The notes beneath the pieces were generated by a model, which was not told where the DNA came from, did no database searches, and was given only the letters and a program-made list of their open reading frames with translations. Of a stretch of 64,000 nucleotides of DNA, positions 38,346-47,101 are shown piece after piece. Numbering within the stretch: position 1 is the first letter of the stretch; the number at the start of each line of letters is the position of its first letter. The translations under genes were made by a program, and so were the position numbers. Source of the stretch: Thermoanaerobaculia bacterium (GTDB lineage: Bacteria; Acidobacteriota; Thermoanaerobaculia; Multivoradales; Multivoraceae); NCBI GenBank assembly GCA_963666565.1, contig OY762911.1, positions 2,048,001-2,112,000 on the forward strand. Reading direction: 5' to 3'.

Positions 38346-39644
38346 ATGAACGGTCTCGCGCGCTGCTTCGCAACTGTCATGTTCCTGGCCACGGCCGCAT
38401 TTGCGGAAGTGCGGCTGCTCGACACGCCGGCGGCGGACAGGAGCGGCAGCTATGCCCTGAACGCGGGGCCCGACGGCACGACCGTTCTCAGTTGGGTCGA
38501 GCCCCTGGACGACGGCGGCCACGCGCTACGGTTCGCCGAACTGCACGGAGACGAGTGGAGCGACCCGGCGACGGTGGCCTCGGGCGAAGGCTGGTTCGTC
38601 AACTGGATCGACCATCCGGCCGTCGCGCCCCTGGGCGGTGGCCGCGTGGTGGCGCACTGGCTGGTCCACGACCAGGACCGGGAGGGCGACTACGGCTACG
38701 GCATCCGCTTGGCGTTCTCGGACGACCGGGGCGCCACCTGGCGAGAGGCGTTTCGGGCAAGCGGCGAAGGCGCTGACGGTTACGCCGGGTTCGTCGCCTA
38801 CGCAGCCGTCGCGGACGGATTCGAGATGGCCTATCTGGCGACCCTCGGTGACGACCAGGCCGCGGCGGCCGCCGGTTCGGCTTCCGAGGGTGCCCGAGGC
38901 GCCGGACACGCCGCGGTAGAACCGCGCATGACCCTCCGTTCGGCCCGCTTCAACGCCGACGGCGCACTCGTGGCCGATCGCCAGGTCGACGCCGACGTGT
39001 GCAGTTGCTGCACGACAGCGATGGTCCCGGGCCAGGACGGCCTCTTCCTGGCCTTCCGCGACCGCCGCGAGGGCGAGTTCCGCGACATCTCCTTCGCCCG
39101 CCTCCAGGATGACCGGTGGAGCAGCCCGAGACTCGTTCATTACGACGGCTGGCACATCCGCGGCTGCCCGACGAACGGGCCGGCCCTGGCCGCCGGCGAA
39201 ACGGGCCCGGCAGTCGCCTGGTTCACCGCCGCCGGCGGCGAATCGAAAGCGCGGGCCGCCCTCCGAGAGTCGGGGAAGCGGCGTCGCGACAAGCCCGTGT
39301 CCAGAATGCTGGCCGCTTTCTGGAACCCCACGGAGCAACGCTTCGACAGACCCATCCGCGTCGACGACGGCGCCCCCCGCGGCTGGGCCGGCGTCGCCAC
39401 GCTCGAAGACGGCAGCGCCGCAGTCAGTTGGGTCGAGCGCTCCAAAGCCGGTGCCTTCCAACTCCGAGTCCGCCGCGTCAGTCCCGACGGGAGCATCGGC
39501 GAGGCCCTTATCGTGGCGCCGGTGCCCTCGGGCCGCAGCGCCCTCGGCGTCCCCAAGCTCGTCCGCAACAGGGACCGCCTCATCTTCGCCTGGCGCGACG
39601 GCGGCGTGCGTACCTCCACGATGCCCACCGCAGCTATCGAGTAG
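38346..39644 (+). CDS. Secreted BNR/sialidase-like beta-propeller protein
   Basis: Signal peptide; Asp-box FSDDRGATW; FVNWIDHP, VCSCC, WHIRGCPTNGP. Confidence 0.7.
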   Translation: MNGLARCFATVMFLATAAFAEVRLLDTPAADRSGSYALNAGPDGTTVLSWVEPLDDGGHALRFAELHGDEWSDPATVASGEGWFVNWIDHPAVAPLGGGRVVAHWLVHDQDREGDYGYGIRLAFSDDRGATWREAFRASGEGADGYAGFVAYAAVADGFEMAYLATLGDDQAAAAAGSASEGARGAGHAAVEPRMTLRSARFNADGALVADRQVDADVCSCCTTAMVPGQDGLFLAFRDRREGEFRDISFARLQDDRWSSPRLVHYDGWHIRGCPTNGPALAAGETGPAVAWFTAAGGESKARAALRESGKRRRDKPVSRMLAAFWNPTEQRFDRPIRVDDGAPRGWAGVATLEDGSAAVSWVERSKAGAFQLRVRRVSPDGSIGEALIVAPVPSGRSALGVPKLVRNRDRLIFAWRDGGVRTSTMPTAAIE

Positions 39645-39715
39645 CGCGAAGAGCGCCCGCGGGACCCCTCCCCTCGGCCCCGGACCGGCGGGTCCGACCT
39701 CCGCCGCCCGCGCCG

Positions 39716-41176
39716 CTAGTCGCCGGCGCCGGTCGCGGCGCCCTCGGAAGCGTGCTCTTCGTAGTCCTCTTCGGACAGGAACACGAAGTTCGTCCAGCCG
39801 ATCGCCATGTCGTCGACGGTGCGGTTGCCCCAGCCGACCCAGGCGGTCGGGTCGGGGTTGTAGGGGTTGTTCTCCGAGTTGTCGTGGTACGAGGTCACGT
39901 GGAGCACGGTCCCGGCGGGGAAGACCGGCGGGTGCTTGTACGGGTAGGCCACCTGCCAGTTGAAGTCGTAGTTCTGGATGCGGGTGAGCAGTTCGCGGCG
40001 GCCGTCGGGGTGGATCGCCTCCAGCTCCATCCCCTTGCCGCGGTAGTGCATGTGGGCCTGGAAGCTGATCAACTGGATCGGCCGGTCGAGCACGCGGTAG
40101 CCGTCGTGGCGGACGTTGTCGGCGCCGGGCGGGATGGAGAGTTCGTTGTTGCGCCAGCCGCGGTTGCTGGGCAGGCCGGCGAACAGCCGGGTGGAGACGA
40201 TCCGGTGCTTCGGCACGACGCCCCTGGGGTAGAAGCCGAAGCCGACCCGCTGGCGGTCGCGGATCACCTCGCCGATCGAGTGGTAGTGGCCGCTGAAGCG
40301 GATCTTGGCGCCCGCCATCAGCAGCTTTCCGGTGTTCTCGGCGTACAGGTCGCCGGTGTTGCCGACCGCGTACTCGATCAGCAGCGAGCCGACCGGATTG
40401 CCCTCGGCGTCGCGGCGGTTCGGGTCGTCGTCGCGCTCGAAGAAGTCCTCGCCGACGTACTCCGCGTCGTCCTGGATCGCGTAGACCATCGTGTGGTGGA
40501 CGGTCGCGCGGCCCGCCTTGCTCGGTTTGACCTCGATCCAGCGGACGTAGCGGTCCTCGGTCAGGCCGGTGTCGGCGATGAAGTTGACGAACAGGTCGGG
40601 ACCCTCTGACGGCACGACCATGTCCTCCTGCATCTCGACCACCAGGTCGGGCTCGCCGTACTCCCAGGCGTCGCCGTCGGGCCAGTCGATCGGCGCCGGC
40701 AGGTCGGCCGGGTTGCCGCGTGGAGCGCCGCCGTCGACCCAGGCCGCGACCAGGGCGATCTCCTCGTCGCTCAGGCTCGGGTCCGGTTCGTACACGCCGA
40801 TCGTGCGGTCGATGTGCCAGGGCGGCATCTGCCGGGACTCGACCCGGCGCTTGATGGACCGCGCCCAGGGCCGGATCTGCTCGTAAGTGAGCAGCGACAT
40901 CGGCGCCGCCGTCTCGGGCCGGTGGCAGCGCTGGCAGGAGCGCTGGAAGATCGGCGCGATGTCGCGGCTGAAGGTCGGCGTGTCGGCGTCAGCCGCCGCG
41001 GCGGGCGTGGCGAGAATGCTCATCGGCGTCGCGAGGAGGGCGAACAGAAGAGCCTTCGTCGCCGAAACCGCGTGCGGCGGCGCTCCCGCCGGCAGCCGGC
41101 GCGAAGCGCCGGGCGTCCCGCGGTCGCGGCCGGAGTCCTGACTGGCAACGGTCGGCTCCACGCAACTTCGCTTCAT
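39716..41176 (-). CDS. Secreted c-type cytochrome / copper type II monooxygenase-like fusion
   Basis: CQRCH plus MPPW; VHH, HYH, AHMHYRGK, YDFNWQ, DDM candidate Cu ligands. Confidence 0.7.
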   Translation of the reverse strand: MKRSCVEPTVASQDSGRDRGTPGASRRLPAGAPPHAVSATKALLFALLATPMSILATPAAAADADTPTFSRDIAPIFQRSCQRCHRPETAAPMSLLTYEQIRPWARSIKRRVESRQMPPWHIDRTIGVYEPDPSLSDEEIALVAAWVDGGAPRGNPADLPAPIDWPDGDAWEYGEPDLVVEMQEDMVVPSEGPDLFVNFIADTGLTEDRYVRWIEVKPSKAGRATVHHTMVYAIQDDAEYVGEDFFERDDDPNRRDAEGNPVGSLLIEYAVGNTGDLYAENTGKLLMAGAKIRFSGHYHSIGEVIRDRQRVGFGFYPRGVVPKHRIVSTRLFAGLPSNRGWRNNELSIPPGADNVRHDGYRVLDRPIQLISFQAHMHYRGKGMELEAIHPDGRRELLTRIQNYDFNWQVAYPYKHPPVFPAGTVLHVTSYHDNSENNPYNPDPTAWVGWGNRTVDDMAIGWTNFVFLSEEDYEEHASEGAATGAGD

Positions 41177-41733
41177 GGTTGGCTCCTCGTGCTGGCTGCT
41201 TCGGGTGCGAGGCAGACGCCTTGCTCGGCGGTGGCCGTGTCGATCTGCCTTGCCCGGCGGTAGGCCATGGAGATGTTCTCGATCAGGTAGAGAGTATCGA
41301 CTCCGCCGCGTTCAGTCGTCTGCTCGCTGTGCTCGCCCGAGGTGATCGTCCAGCGCAGGTTGCCCTCGTAGTCGGCCGGCAGCACGATCAGGCAGACGTT
41401 GCGCTGGCGTCCCGGCTCGAAGACGGTGGGTTGGCCGCGGTCCGCCGGGCCCGGGTCGAAGCCGTTCGCCTCGCCCGCCGGGATCTCGACCGCGACCGCG
41501 TTGTGGTTGAAGTACCCGAACACGAGGACCGCCGTGCCGTCGTCGTTGGGCACGTAGCCCTCGTAGACCGGGTAGATCGGTCGGGTCGGCTGCGCCCAGG
41601 CCGCCGGCGCGACCATGGCCGCCAGCACCAGGAACAGGGACAGCGCCGCGGACATCGACGGTGCCGAGCGCACCCGCTTCGACATCTGTGCGGCGCAGGA
41701 CAGCGCCGCGGGTATCGACGGTACCTTCATCAT
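41173..41733 (-). CDS. Secreted hypothetical protein coupled to the downstream monooxygenase-like gene
   Basis: Signal peptide; PVYEGY..FGYFN..GQPTVFEPGRQ; ATGA overlap; N-terminus contains a 60-bp-period duplication. Confidence 0.65.
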   Translation of the reverse strand: MMKVPSIPAALSCAAQMSKRVRSAPSMSAALSLFLVLAAMVAPAAWAQPTRPIYPVYEGYVPNDDGTAVLVFGYFNHNAVAVEIPAGEANGFDPGPADRGQPTVFEPGRQRNVCLIVLPADYEGNLRWTITSGEHSEQTTERGGVDTLYLIENISMAYRRARQIDTATAEQGVCLAPEAASTRSQP

Positions 41734-41740
41734 GGCTCGA

Positions 41741-43312
41741 TCAGGCCGCGGGGTAGGTGTAGCCCGCCTGGAGGCCCAGCGGAATGCCGAGCAGCCAGTA
41801 GCCGACGAGGAAGAGCGTCCAGGTAACGAGCAGCGTGGCGGCGTACGGGATCATCAGCGACAGCACCGTGCCGATGCCTGCCTGCTTCACGTAGCGCTGG
41901 CAGAACACGACGACCAGCGGGAAGTAGGGCATGAGCGGCGTGACGATGTTCGTCACGCTGTCGCCGACCCGGTAGGCGGCCTGGGTCAGTTCGGGCGAGA
42001 TGCCGAGGTTCATCAGCATCGGCACGAAGATGACGGAGAGCACCGCCCACTTGGCGGATGCCGAGCCGACGAACAGGTTGACGACCGCCGACAGCAGAAC
42101 GATGCCGACCACCGTGACCTGCGCCGGCAGCCCGAGGTCGCGCAGGAAGTTCGCGCCCTTGAGCGCGATCAGCAGGCCGACGTTCGAGCTGCTGAAGGCG
42201 GCGATGAACTGGGCGGCGAAGAAGGCCATGACCAGGTAGTAGGCCATCGTGCGCATTGCGTCGCTCATGCCGTCGACGATGTCGCGGTGGGTCTTCACCG
42301 TGCCGGCGACGTAGCCGTGGACGACGCCGGGAATGAGGAAGAAGACGAAGATCAGCGGCACCAGCATCTGCATCAGCGGCGCCGAGAACGCGGTCAGTTC
42401 GCCGGCATCGCTGCGGAGCGGCGACGCCGCGGGCCACGCCCAGAGGAAGAGGACGAGCAGGCCGATCGCCGCCGACCCCATGCCGGCGAGGAAGCCCAGC
42501 CGGTCCTTGCGGCTCGGTTCCTCCATCTTCGGCATCTCGTCCGGGTCGCCGTCGATCTCGGTGCCGCGGAGGCGCGGTTCGATCACTCGGTCGGTCAGGT
42601 ACCAGCCGACGGCGACCACGAGGATGGAGGACAGCGCGGTGAACAGCAGGTTGCAGAGCGGGTTGACCAGGACTTCGGGATCGAGGATCTGGGCCGCGGA
42701 CTGCGTGAAGCCCTGGAGCAGCGGATCGATGCCCGACGGGATGAAGTTGGCCGAGAAGCCGCCCGAGACGCCGGCGAACGCCGCCGAGATGCCCGCGAGC
42801 GGATGGCGGCCGGCCGCGTAGAAGATGACTCCGCCGAGCGGGATGACGAGCACGTAGCCGGCGTCGGCCGCCGTGTGGCTGACGATCGCGGCGAGGATCA
42901 GCATCGGCGTCAGCAGGCTCCTCGGCGTGAAGCCGAGGATCAGCCGCAGGCCGGTGTTGATGAAGCCCGTCTTCTCGGCCACGCCGACGCCCAGAAGCGC
43001 GACCAGCACGACCCCCAGCGGCGCGAACCCGGTGAACGTCGTCACCAGTTGCGCCATGAACGTCGCCAGCGCCTCGCCGGTGAGCTGGTTCTGGATCCGG
43101 ACCGGTTCGCCCGTGACCGGGTGGATGTCCGCGAACTGGACCGGCGCCAGCAGCGCCGAGGCGATCCAGGTCAGGAACAGCAGGAGCAGGAAGAGGATCG
43201 CCGGGTCCGGCAGCTTGTTGCCGACGACCTCGATGGCGGTCAGGAACCGGTCGAGAAGTCCCTTCGGCTTGCCGTTGCCGGCCTTCTGCGCCTCGTCGCC
43301 TGCCTTCGCCAT
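41741..43312 (-). CDS. AbgT-family transporter
   Basis: EVVGNKLPDP, GRHPLAG..AFAGVSGGFSAN, GSASAKWA, AYRVGDS. Confidence 0.92.
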   Translation of the reverse strand: MAKAGDEAQKAGNGKPKGLLDRFLTAIEVVGNKLPDPAILFLLLLFLTWIASALLAPVQFADIHPVTGEPVRIQNQLTGEALATFMAQLVTTFTGFAPLGVVLVALLGVGVAEKTGFINTGLRLILGFTPRSLLTPMLILAAIVSHTAADAGYVLVIPLGGVIFYAAGRHPLAGISAAFAGVSGGFSANFIPSGIDPLLQGFTQSAAQILDPEVLVNPLCNLLFTALSSILVVAVGWYLTDRVIEPRLRGTEIDGDPDEMPKMEEPSRKDRLGFLAGMGSAAIGLLVLFLWAWPAASPLRSDAGELTAFSAPLMQMLVPLIFVFFLIPGVVHGYVAGTVKTHRDIVDGMSDAMRTMAYYLVMAFFAAQFIAAFSSSNVGLLIALKGANFLRDLGLPAQVTVVGIVLLSAVVNLFVGSASAKWAVLSVIFVPMLMNLGISPELTQAAYRVGDSVTNIVTPLMPYFPLVVVFCQRYVKQAGIGTVLSLMIPYAATLLVTWTLFLVGYWLLGIPLGLQAGYTYPAA

Positions 43313-43398
43313 ACTCGGGCTCCTCTCCCGATCATCCTGCCGTGGACGGAAGCGTCATCTTAGCGCCCGCACCTCCGCCGGGCGCACGAGTCTTCTCT

Positions 43399-43425
43399 GC
43401 TGGGTGCGCGGGTCTTCCGACCCGC
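43399..43425 (+). repeat. REP-like repeat copy
   Basis: Exact consensus GCTGGGTGCGCGGGTCTTCCGACCCGC. Confidence 0.9.
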
Positions 43426-43506
43426 TTCCGGGCGAAGCCGCGGAGCGGCGCAGCCCGCAAAGAACGCCGCCGGCCGCAGGCCTGCGACAGTTGGACACCG
43501 TTAGCC

Positions 43507-43575
43507 GAGTGCGGCCGATTGCAAGGTTGGAGTACGGCCGATTGCAAGGTTGGGCCTCGGCTGATTGCAAGGTTG
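43507..43575. repeat. Three 23-bp direct repeats
   Basis: Core CGGCYGATTGCAAGGTTG in units 43507-43529, 43530-43552, 43553-43575. Confidence 0.9.
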
Positions 43576-43577
43576 CG

Positions 43578-44573
43578 TCAGACGACGATCCGGCCCACTC
43601 GCTCCACGAACCAGAACGCCGCGATGATTCCGGTCGCGTAGACCGGCGCCCGTACGACGAGTTCCGGCACCACGATGCCGATCCGCTTCACCGCCGCCAC
43701 CGCCGCGAGCACTACCGCGACGACCAGGAGCTGCCCGACCTCGACGCCAACGTTGAACAGGAAGAGCGCCATGGCGATCGCCCGCTGCGGCAGGCCGATC
43801 TCGGCCAGGGCGCCGGCGAAGCCGAAGCCGTGGAGCAGGCCGAAGGCGAAGGCGATCAGCCATGGACTCTTCGTCGTGATCGGCGACCGCTGGTCCTCGG
43901 GACGCAGCAGCTCGACCGCCAGGAACAGGATGGACAGGGCGATCACCGCCTCGACCGGCGCGGAGGAGAGCTTGACCACGTCCAGCGACGACAGCGCGAG
44001 CGTGATGCTGTGCGCCAGCGTGAACGAGGTGATGACGCCGACCAGGCGCCAGGGACTGCGGACGTAGAACAGCAGCCCGATGACGAACAGGATGTGGTCG
44101 AAGCCGAACACCAGGTGCTCGACGCCGAGCCGGAAGTAGGGCAGGGCGTTGCCGGCGGCCTCCCGGTCGACCGTCGTCGTGGGCGCCTCCGGCCGGAGCA
44201 GTTGGGTGAGGCTGTCGCCGTTGGCGAAGCTCATCCGTAGCAACACGTCGGTCAGGGTGCGTTCGAGCCCGGCGATGCCGAACGTTTCGCCGTGGAAGAT
44301 GCGGTCCGGGTCGCCGTCGGCCGCCTCGCATTCGACGGTCCAGCGCTCGACCAGGGCGCCGGCCAGGTTCTCCGGCGCCTGCCGGGCGGTCTCGGCGCAG
44401 TGCTCCGGCAGCACCGGGTCGAGCAGGAGCAGCAGCGCGCCGCGGCGGGGCTGCTTCCAGACGACCTCGAACGTCCCCGGCTCGGCCTCGTTCAGTTCGA
44501 GGTAGCCGGGACGGACCTCGTGCGCGCTCGCGGGGACGACCGCCGCCAGCAGGCCGAGGAAGGCTGTCGCCAA
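43578..44573 (-). CDS. HupE/UreJ-family membrane protein
   Basis: ASAHEVRPGYL, GVEHLVFGFDHILF, FTLAHSITL, FGLLHGFGFA, LFNVGVEVGQ; start uncertain. Confidence 0.85.
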   Translation of the reverse strand: MATAFLGLLAAVVPASAHEVRPGYLELNEAEPGTFEVVWKQPRRGALLLLLDPVLPEHCAETARQAPENLAGALVERWTVECEAADGDPDRIFHGETFGIAGLERTLTDVLLRMSFANGDSLTQLLRPEAPTTTVDREAAGNALPYFRLGVEHLVFGFDHILFVIGLLFYVRSPWRLVGVITSFTLAHSITLALSSLDVVKLSSAPVEAVIALSILFLAVELLRPEDQRSPITTKSPWLIAFAFGLLHGFGFAGALAEIGLPQRAIAMALFLFNVGVEVGQLLVVAVVLAAVAAVKRIGIVVPELVVRAPVYATGIIAAFWFVERVGRIVV

Positions 44574-44589
44574 GACCAGGAAGCCGCCC

Positions 44590-44616
44590 GCTGGGTGCGC
44601 GGGTCCTCTGACCCGC
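44590..44616 (+). repeat. REP-like repeat copy
   Basis: GCTGGGTGCGCGGGTCCTCTGACCCGC. Confidence 0.85.
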
Positions 44617-44680
44617 TGCCGGCGTAGCCGGCCAAGTACAAGCGCCGGCCGCCAGGCCGGTGTCCGCCTTGGCCGCCGGC

Positions 44681-45613
44681 TCAGGGCTCGTCTCCCGCCG
44701 CTTCCGCCTCCGCTTCCGCACCGCCTTCCAGCTCGGACACGAAGTCGATCTCCTCGATCTCCACCCGGTAGCGCTCCCGCAGGCGGTCGTGCTCGGCCCG
44801 GTTCGCGGCGTCGCGGGCGTCGCGCCGGGCGTCCTCCAGCACGCGCCGGCGGACATCGTCGAACACCGCCGGCTCGGCCCGGGTGCGGGCGGAGAGGCGC
44901 ACGACGTGGAAGCCGTACGCGGACTCGACCGGTCCCGCCCACTCGCCGAGGGGCAGGTCGTCGAGCGCCTCGACGAAGGCGCCGCCGAACAGCTCGGCGA
45001 GGTCCTCGGCGGTGCGGCGCCCGTACTCGCGGCGGAGCATGAAGGGGTCCCCCAGCCGCCGCCAGAGCGTGTTCTCGGGTGCGGCGTCGTTGCCTTCGGC
45101 GCGGAGCTCATCGAGGATCCCGTTTGCGGCCCGCAAGGCCACCTCGTCGCTGCCGCGGCGGTCGGGGCTGACGTAGACGTGGCGGAGCGTGAAGCGTTGC
45201 GGATCCCCGTAACGGTCCGCGTTCTCCTCGAAGTACCGCTCCAGGTCGGCGTCCGAGACCGCGTCCGAGACCACCGTGTCCTCGATCAGGAAGGACATCT
45301 TCTGGGCCAGCCGGCGGCGGACGATCGTGTCGTCCGCGTCCAGGCCCATGCGCACCGCCTCGCGGACGAGGATCTCCTCCCGGACGTGGTCCTCGACCAG
45401 CGAGTCCAGCTCGGCCGCCGTCGGCAGCCGGCCGATCTGCGCGCTCCAGAGGTCGGCCAGCCGGATCACCTGCGCCCGGGACACGACGATCGTCCGGCTC
45501 TCGGCGTCGAAGACCCCGCCGAACATCCGGTCGAGCGCGAACACGCCGACGCCGATGACGAGGAACACGAAAAGCGGGTCGCGAACGAACCGGCGGAGTC
45601 GCGAATCGGGCAT
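44681..45613 (-). CDS. PpiC/parvulin-type peptidylprolyl isomerase-like protein
   Basis: RDPLFVFLVIG, REEILVREA..GLD..DTIVRRRLAQKM, GPVESAYGFHVV. Confidence 0.85.
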   Translation of the reverse strand: MPDSRLRRFVRDPLFVFLVIGVGVFALDRMFGGVFDAESRTIVVSRAQVIRLADLWSAQIGRLPTAAELDSLVEDHVREEILVREAVRMGLDADDTIVRRRLAQKMSFLIEDTVVSDAVSDADLERYFEENADRYGDPQRFTLRHVYVSPDRRGSDEVALRAANGILDELRAEGNDAAPENTLWRRLGDPFMLRREYGRRTAEDLAELFGGAFVEALDDLPLGEWAGPVESAYGFHVVRLSARTRAEPAVFDDVRRRVLEDARRDARDAANRAEHDRLRERYRVEIEEIDFVSELEGGAEAEAEAAGDEP

Positions 45614-45694
45614 GACGGGGAATACTACGCTCTCCACGCCGGCCGGCGGTTCGGCCGGCGGGACTCGAACGCAGCGGTCGGGAGGAGTGTCGAG

Positions 45695-46900
45695 ATGACG
45701 AACGAACGAGACGGCGCTGGTGGAGGACCCACGACGATGTCGCGCACTGGGTGCGCCGCCCCCGCCGGGAAACGGTCGCACACTGGGTGCGCGGGTCCTC
45801 TGACCCGCTGCCGCCAAAGGCGGCCAGGGAATCGCGTCGGCCTCCGTCCGGCGACGAGTCTCCTCCTCCCCGCCTGGCCCCTCCTCGCCGCCTGCCTCCT
45901 CCTCGCCTCCGTGTCCCCCGCGGCCGCCCAGCCCGGCGCCGGCGCCGCCACCGCCACCGCCACCGAACGCGAGAAGGTCCTCTTCGACTGCGACATCGGC
46001 TCCGACATCGACGACGCCTACGCCCTGGCGCTGCTGCTCGCGAGCCCGGAGATCGAGCTCGTCGGCATCACGGTCGGCCACGCCCGCACCGCGGACCGCG
46101 CGCCGCTGGCGCTGCGGATGCTCCGGGATACCGGCCTGGACCGCATCCCGGTGTACGTCGGCCGCGAGACGCCGCTCGTCACCCTGCGCGACGGCAGGCC
46201 GCACGAGCAGTTCAGCGAAGCGCCGTACAACCGGCAGTTCCACTGGGCGCGCGGCTTCGACGAGCTGCGTCCCCAGGAACAGCCGGCCGCCGAGTTCATC
46301 GTCGAGACACTGAACGCCGCGCCGGGCGAGATCACGCTGCTCACCGTCGGCCCGGTGACGAACGTCGGCGACGCACTGGAACTCGACCCGGACGTTCTCA
46401 CGAACGCGAAGCGCGTCGTCTCGATGTACGGCTCCATCCGGTCCGGCTACGACGGCGGCGACGCGCAGCGGGAGTGGAACGTCCTGGCCGACGCCGCCTC
46501 GTCGCGCGTTTTCGACGCGGGCGTGCAGGCCGGCGGCGCCGACGTGGTCTACATCCCGCTCGACGTGACGGACCATGTCCGCCTCGATGCCGAGCGTCGC
46601 CTCCACCTGCACATGCGCGGCACGCCGCTGACCGACGCGGTCACCGCGCTCTACTCCCTGTGGCGGAACGAGGAGCGGAACCAGACGACGCCGCGCCTGT
46701 TCGACGCGGTCGCCGTCGGCTACCTGCTGTGGCCCGACCTGTTCGGCGTCGAGCATGGCCGCGTTACGGTCGATGAACGGAGCATGACCCTGTTCGATCC
46801 CGGCGCGGAACCGGCCTCGACCGTCGCGCTCGAGATCGACGACGCGGCGTTCATCCAGCGGATGATGGACCGCTTCCTGGAGCAGAACCTCCACCGGTAG
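45695..46900 (+). CDS. Secreted nucleoside hydrolase (IU-NH family)
   Basis: FDCDIGSDIDDAYAL, GPVTN, EWNVLAD, PLDVT, LFDAVA; GGAGGA-preceded ATGs at 45695 and 45737; REP at 45783-45808 inside the N-terminal coding region. Confidence 0.85.
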   Translation: MTNERDGAGGGPTTMSRTGCAAPAGKRSHTGCAGPLTRCRQRRPGNRVGLRPATSLLLPAWPLLAACLLLASVSPAAAQPGAGAATATATEREKVLFDCDIGSDIDDAYALALLLASPEIELVGITVGHARTADRAPLALRMLRDTGLDRIPVYVGRETPLVTLRDGRPHEQFSEAPYNRQFHWARGFDELRPQEQPAAEFIVETLNAAPGEITLLTVGPVTNVGDALELDPDVLTNAKRVVSMYGSIRSGYDGGDAQREWNVLADAASSRVFDAGVQAGGADVVYIPLDVTDHVRLDAERRLHLHMRGTPLTDAVTALYSLWRNEERNQTTPRLFDAVAVGYLLWPDLFGVEHGRVTVDERSMTLFDPGAEPASTVALEIDDAAFIQRMMDRFLEQNLHR

Positions 46901-46904
46901 CGAC

Positions 46905-47089
46905 CGGGTGCGCGGGCCTGCCATCCCGCTTGGTGCGCGGGTCTTCCGACCCGCTGCCGCCGCGGGCGGCTGCCAGTAACGTCGCCGGCTGCAGCCGGCG
47001 GCCTTGTTCTCCGGCCTCCGCCGCTCCGCGGCTCCGGCCGCCAGGCGGGTCGGAAGACCCGCGCACCCAGCGCACCCAGCGCACCCAGC
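46905..47089. repeat. Inverted REP cluster between convergent genes with 9-bp slippage repeats
   Basis: REP variants 46905-46954 (+), REP 47045-47071 (-), (GCACCCAGC)x3. Confidence 0.85.
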
Positions 47090-47101
47090 GGACCTTGGGC
47101 G

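Noticed and set aside
43507-43575. Possible mini-CRISPR array
   Set aside because: 23-bp period leaves only ~5 variable bases, so there are no spacers, and no cas genes are present
45650-45675. GTTCGAGTCCCGCC on the minus strand resembling a tRNA T-loop
   Set aside because: No pairing T-stem, cloverleaf or CCA end
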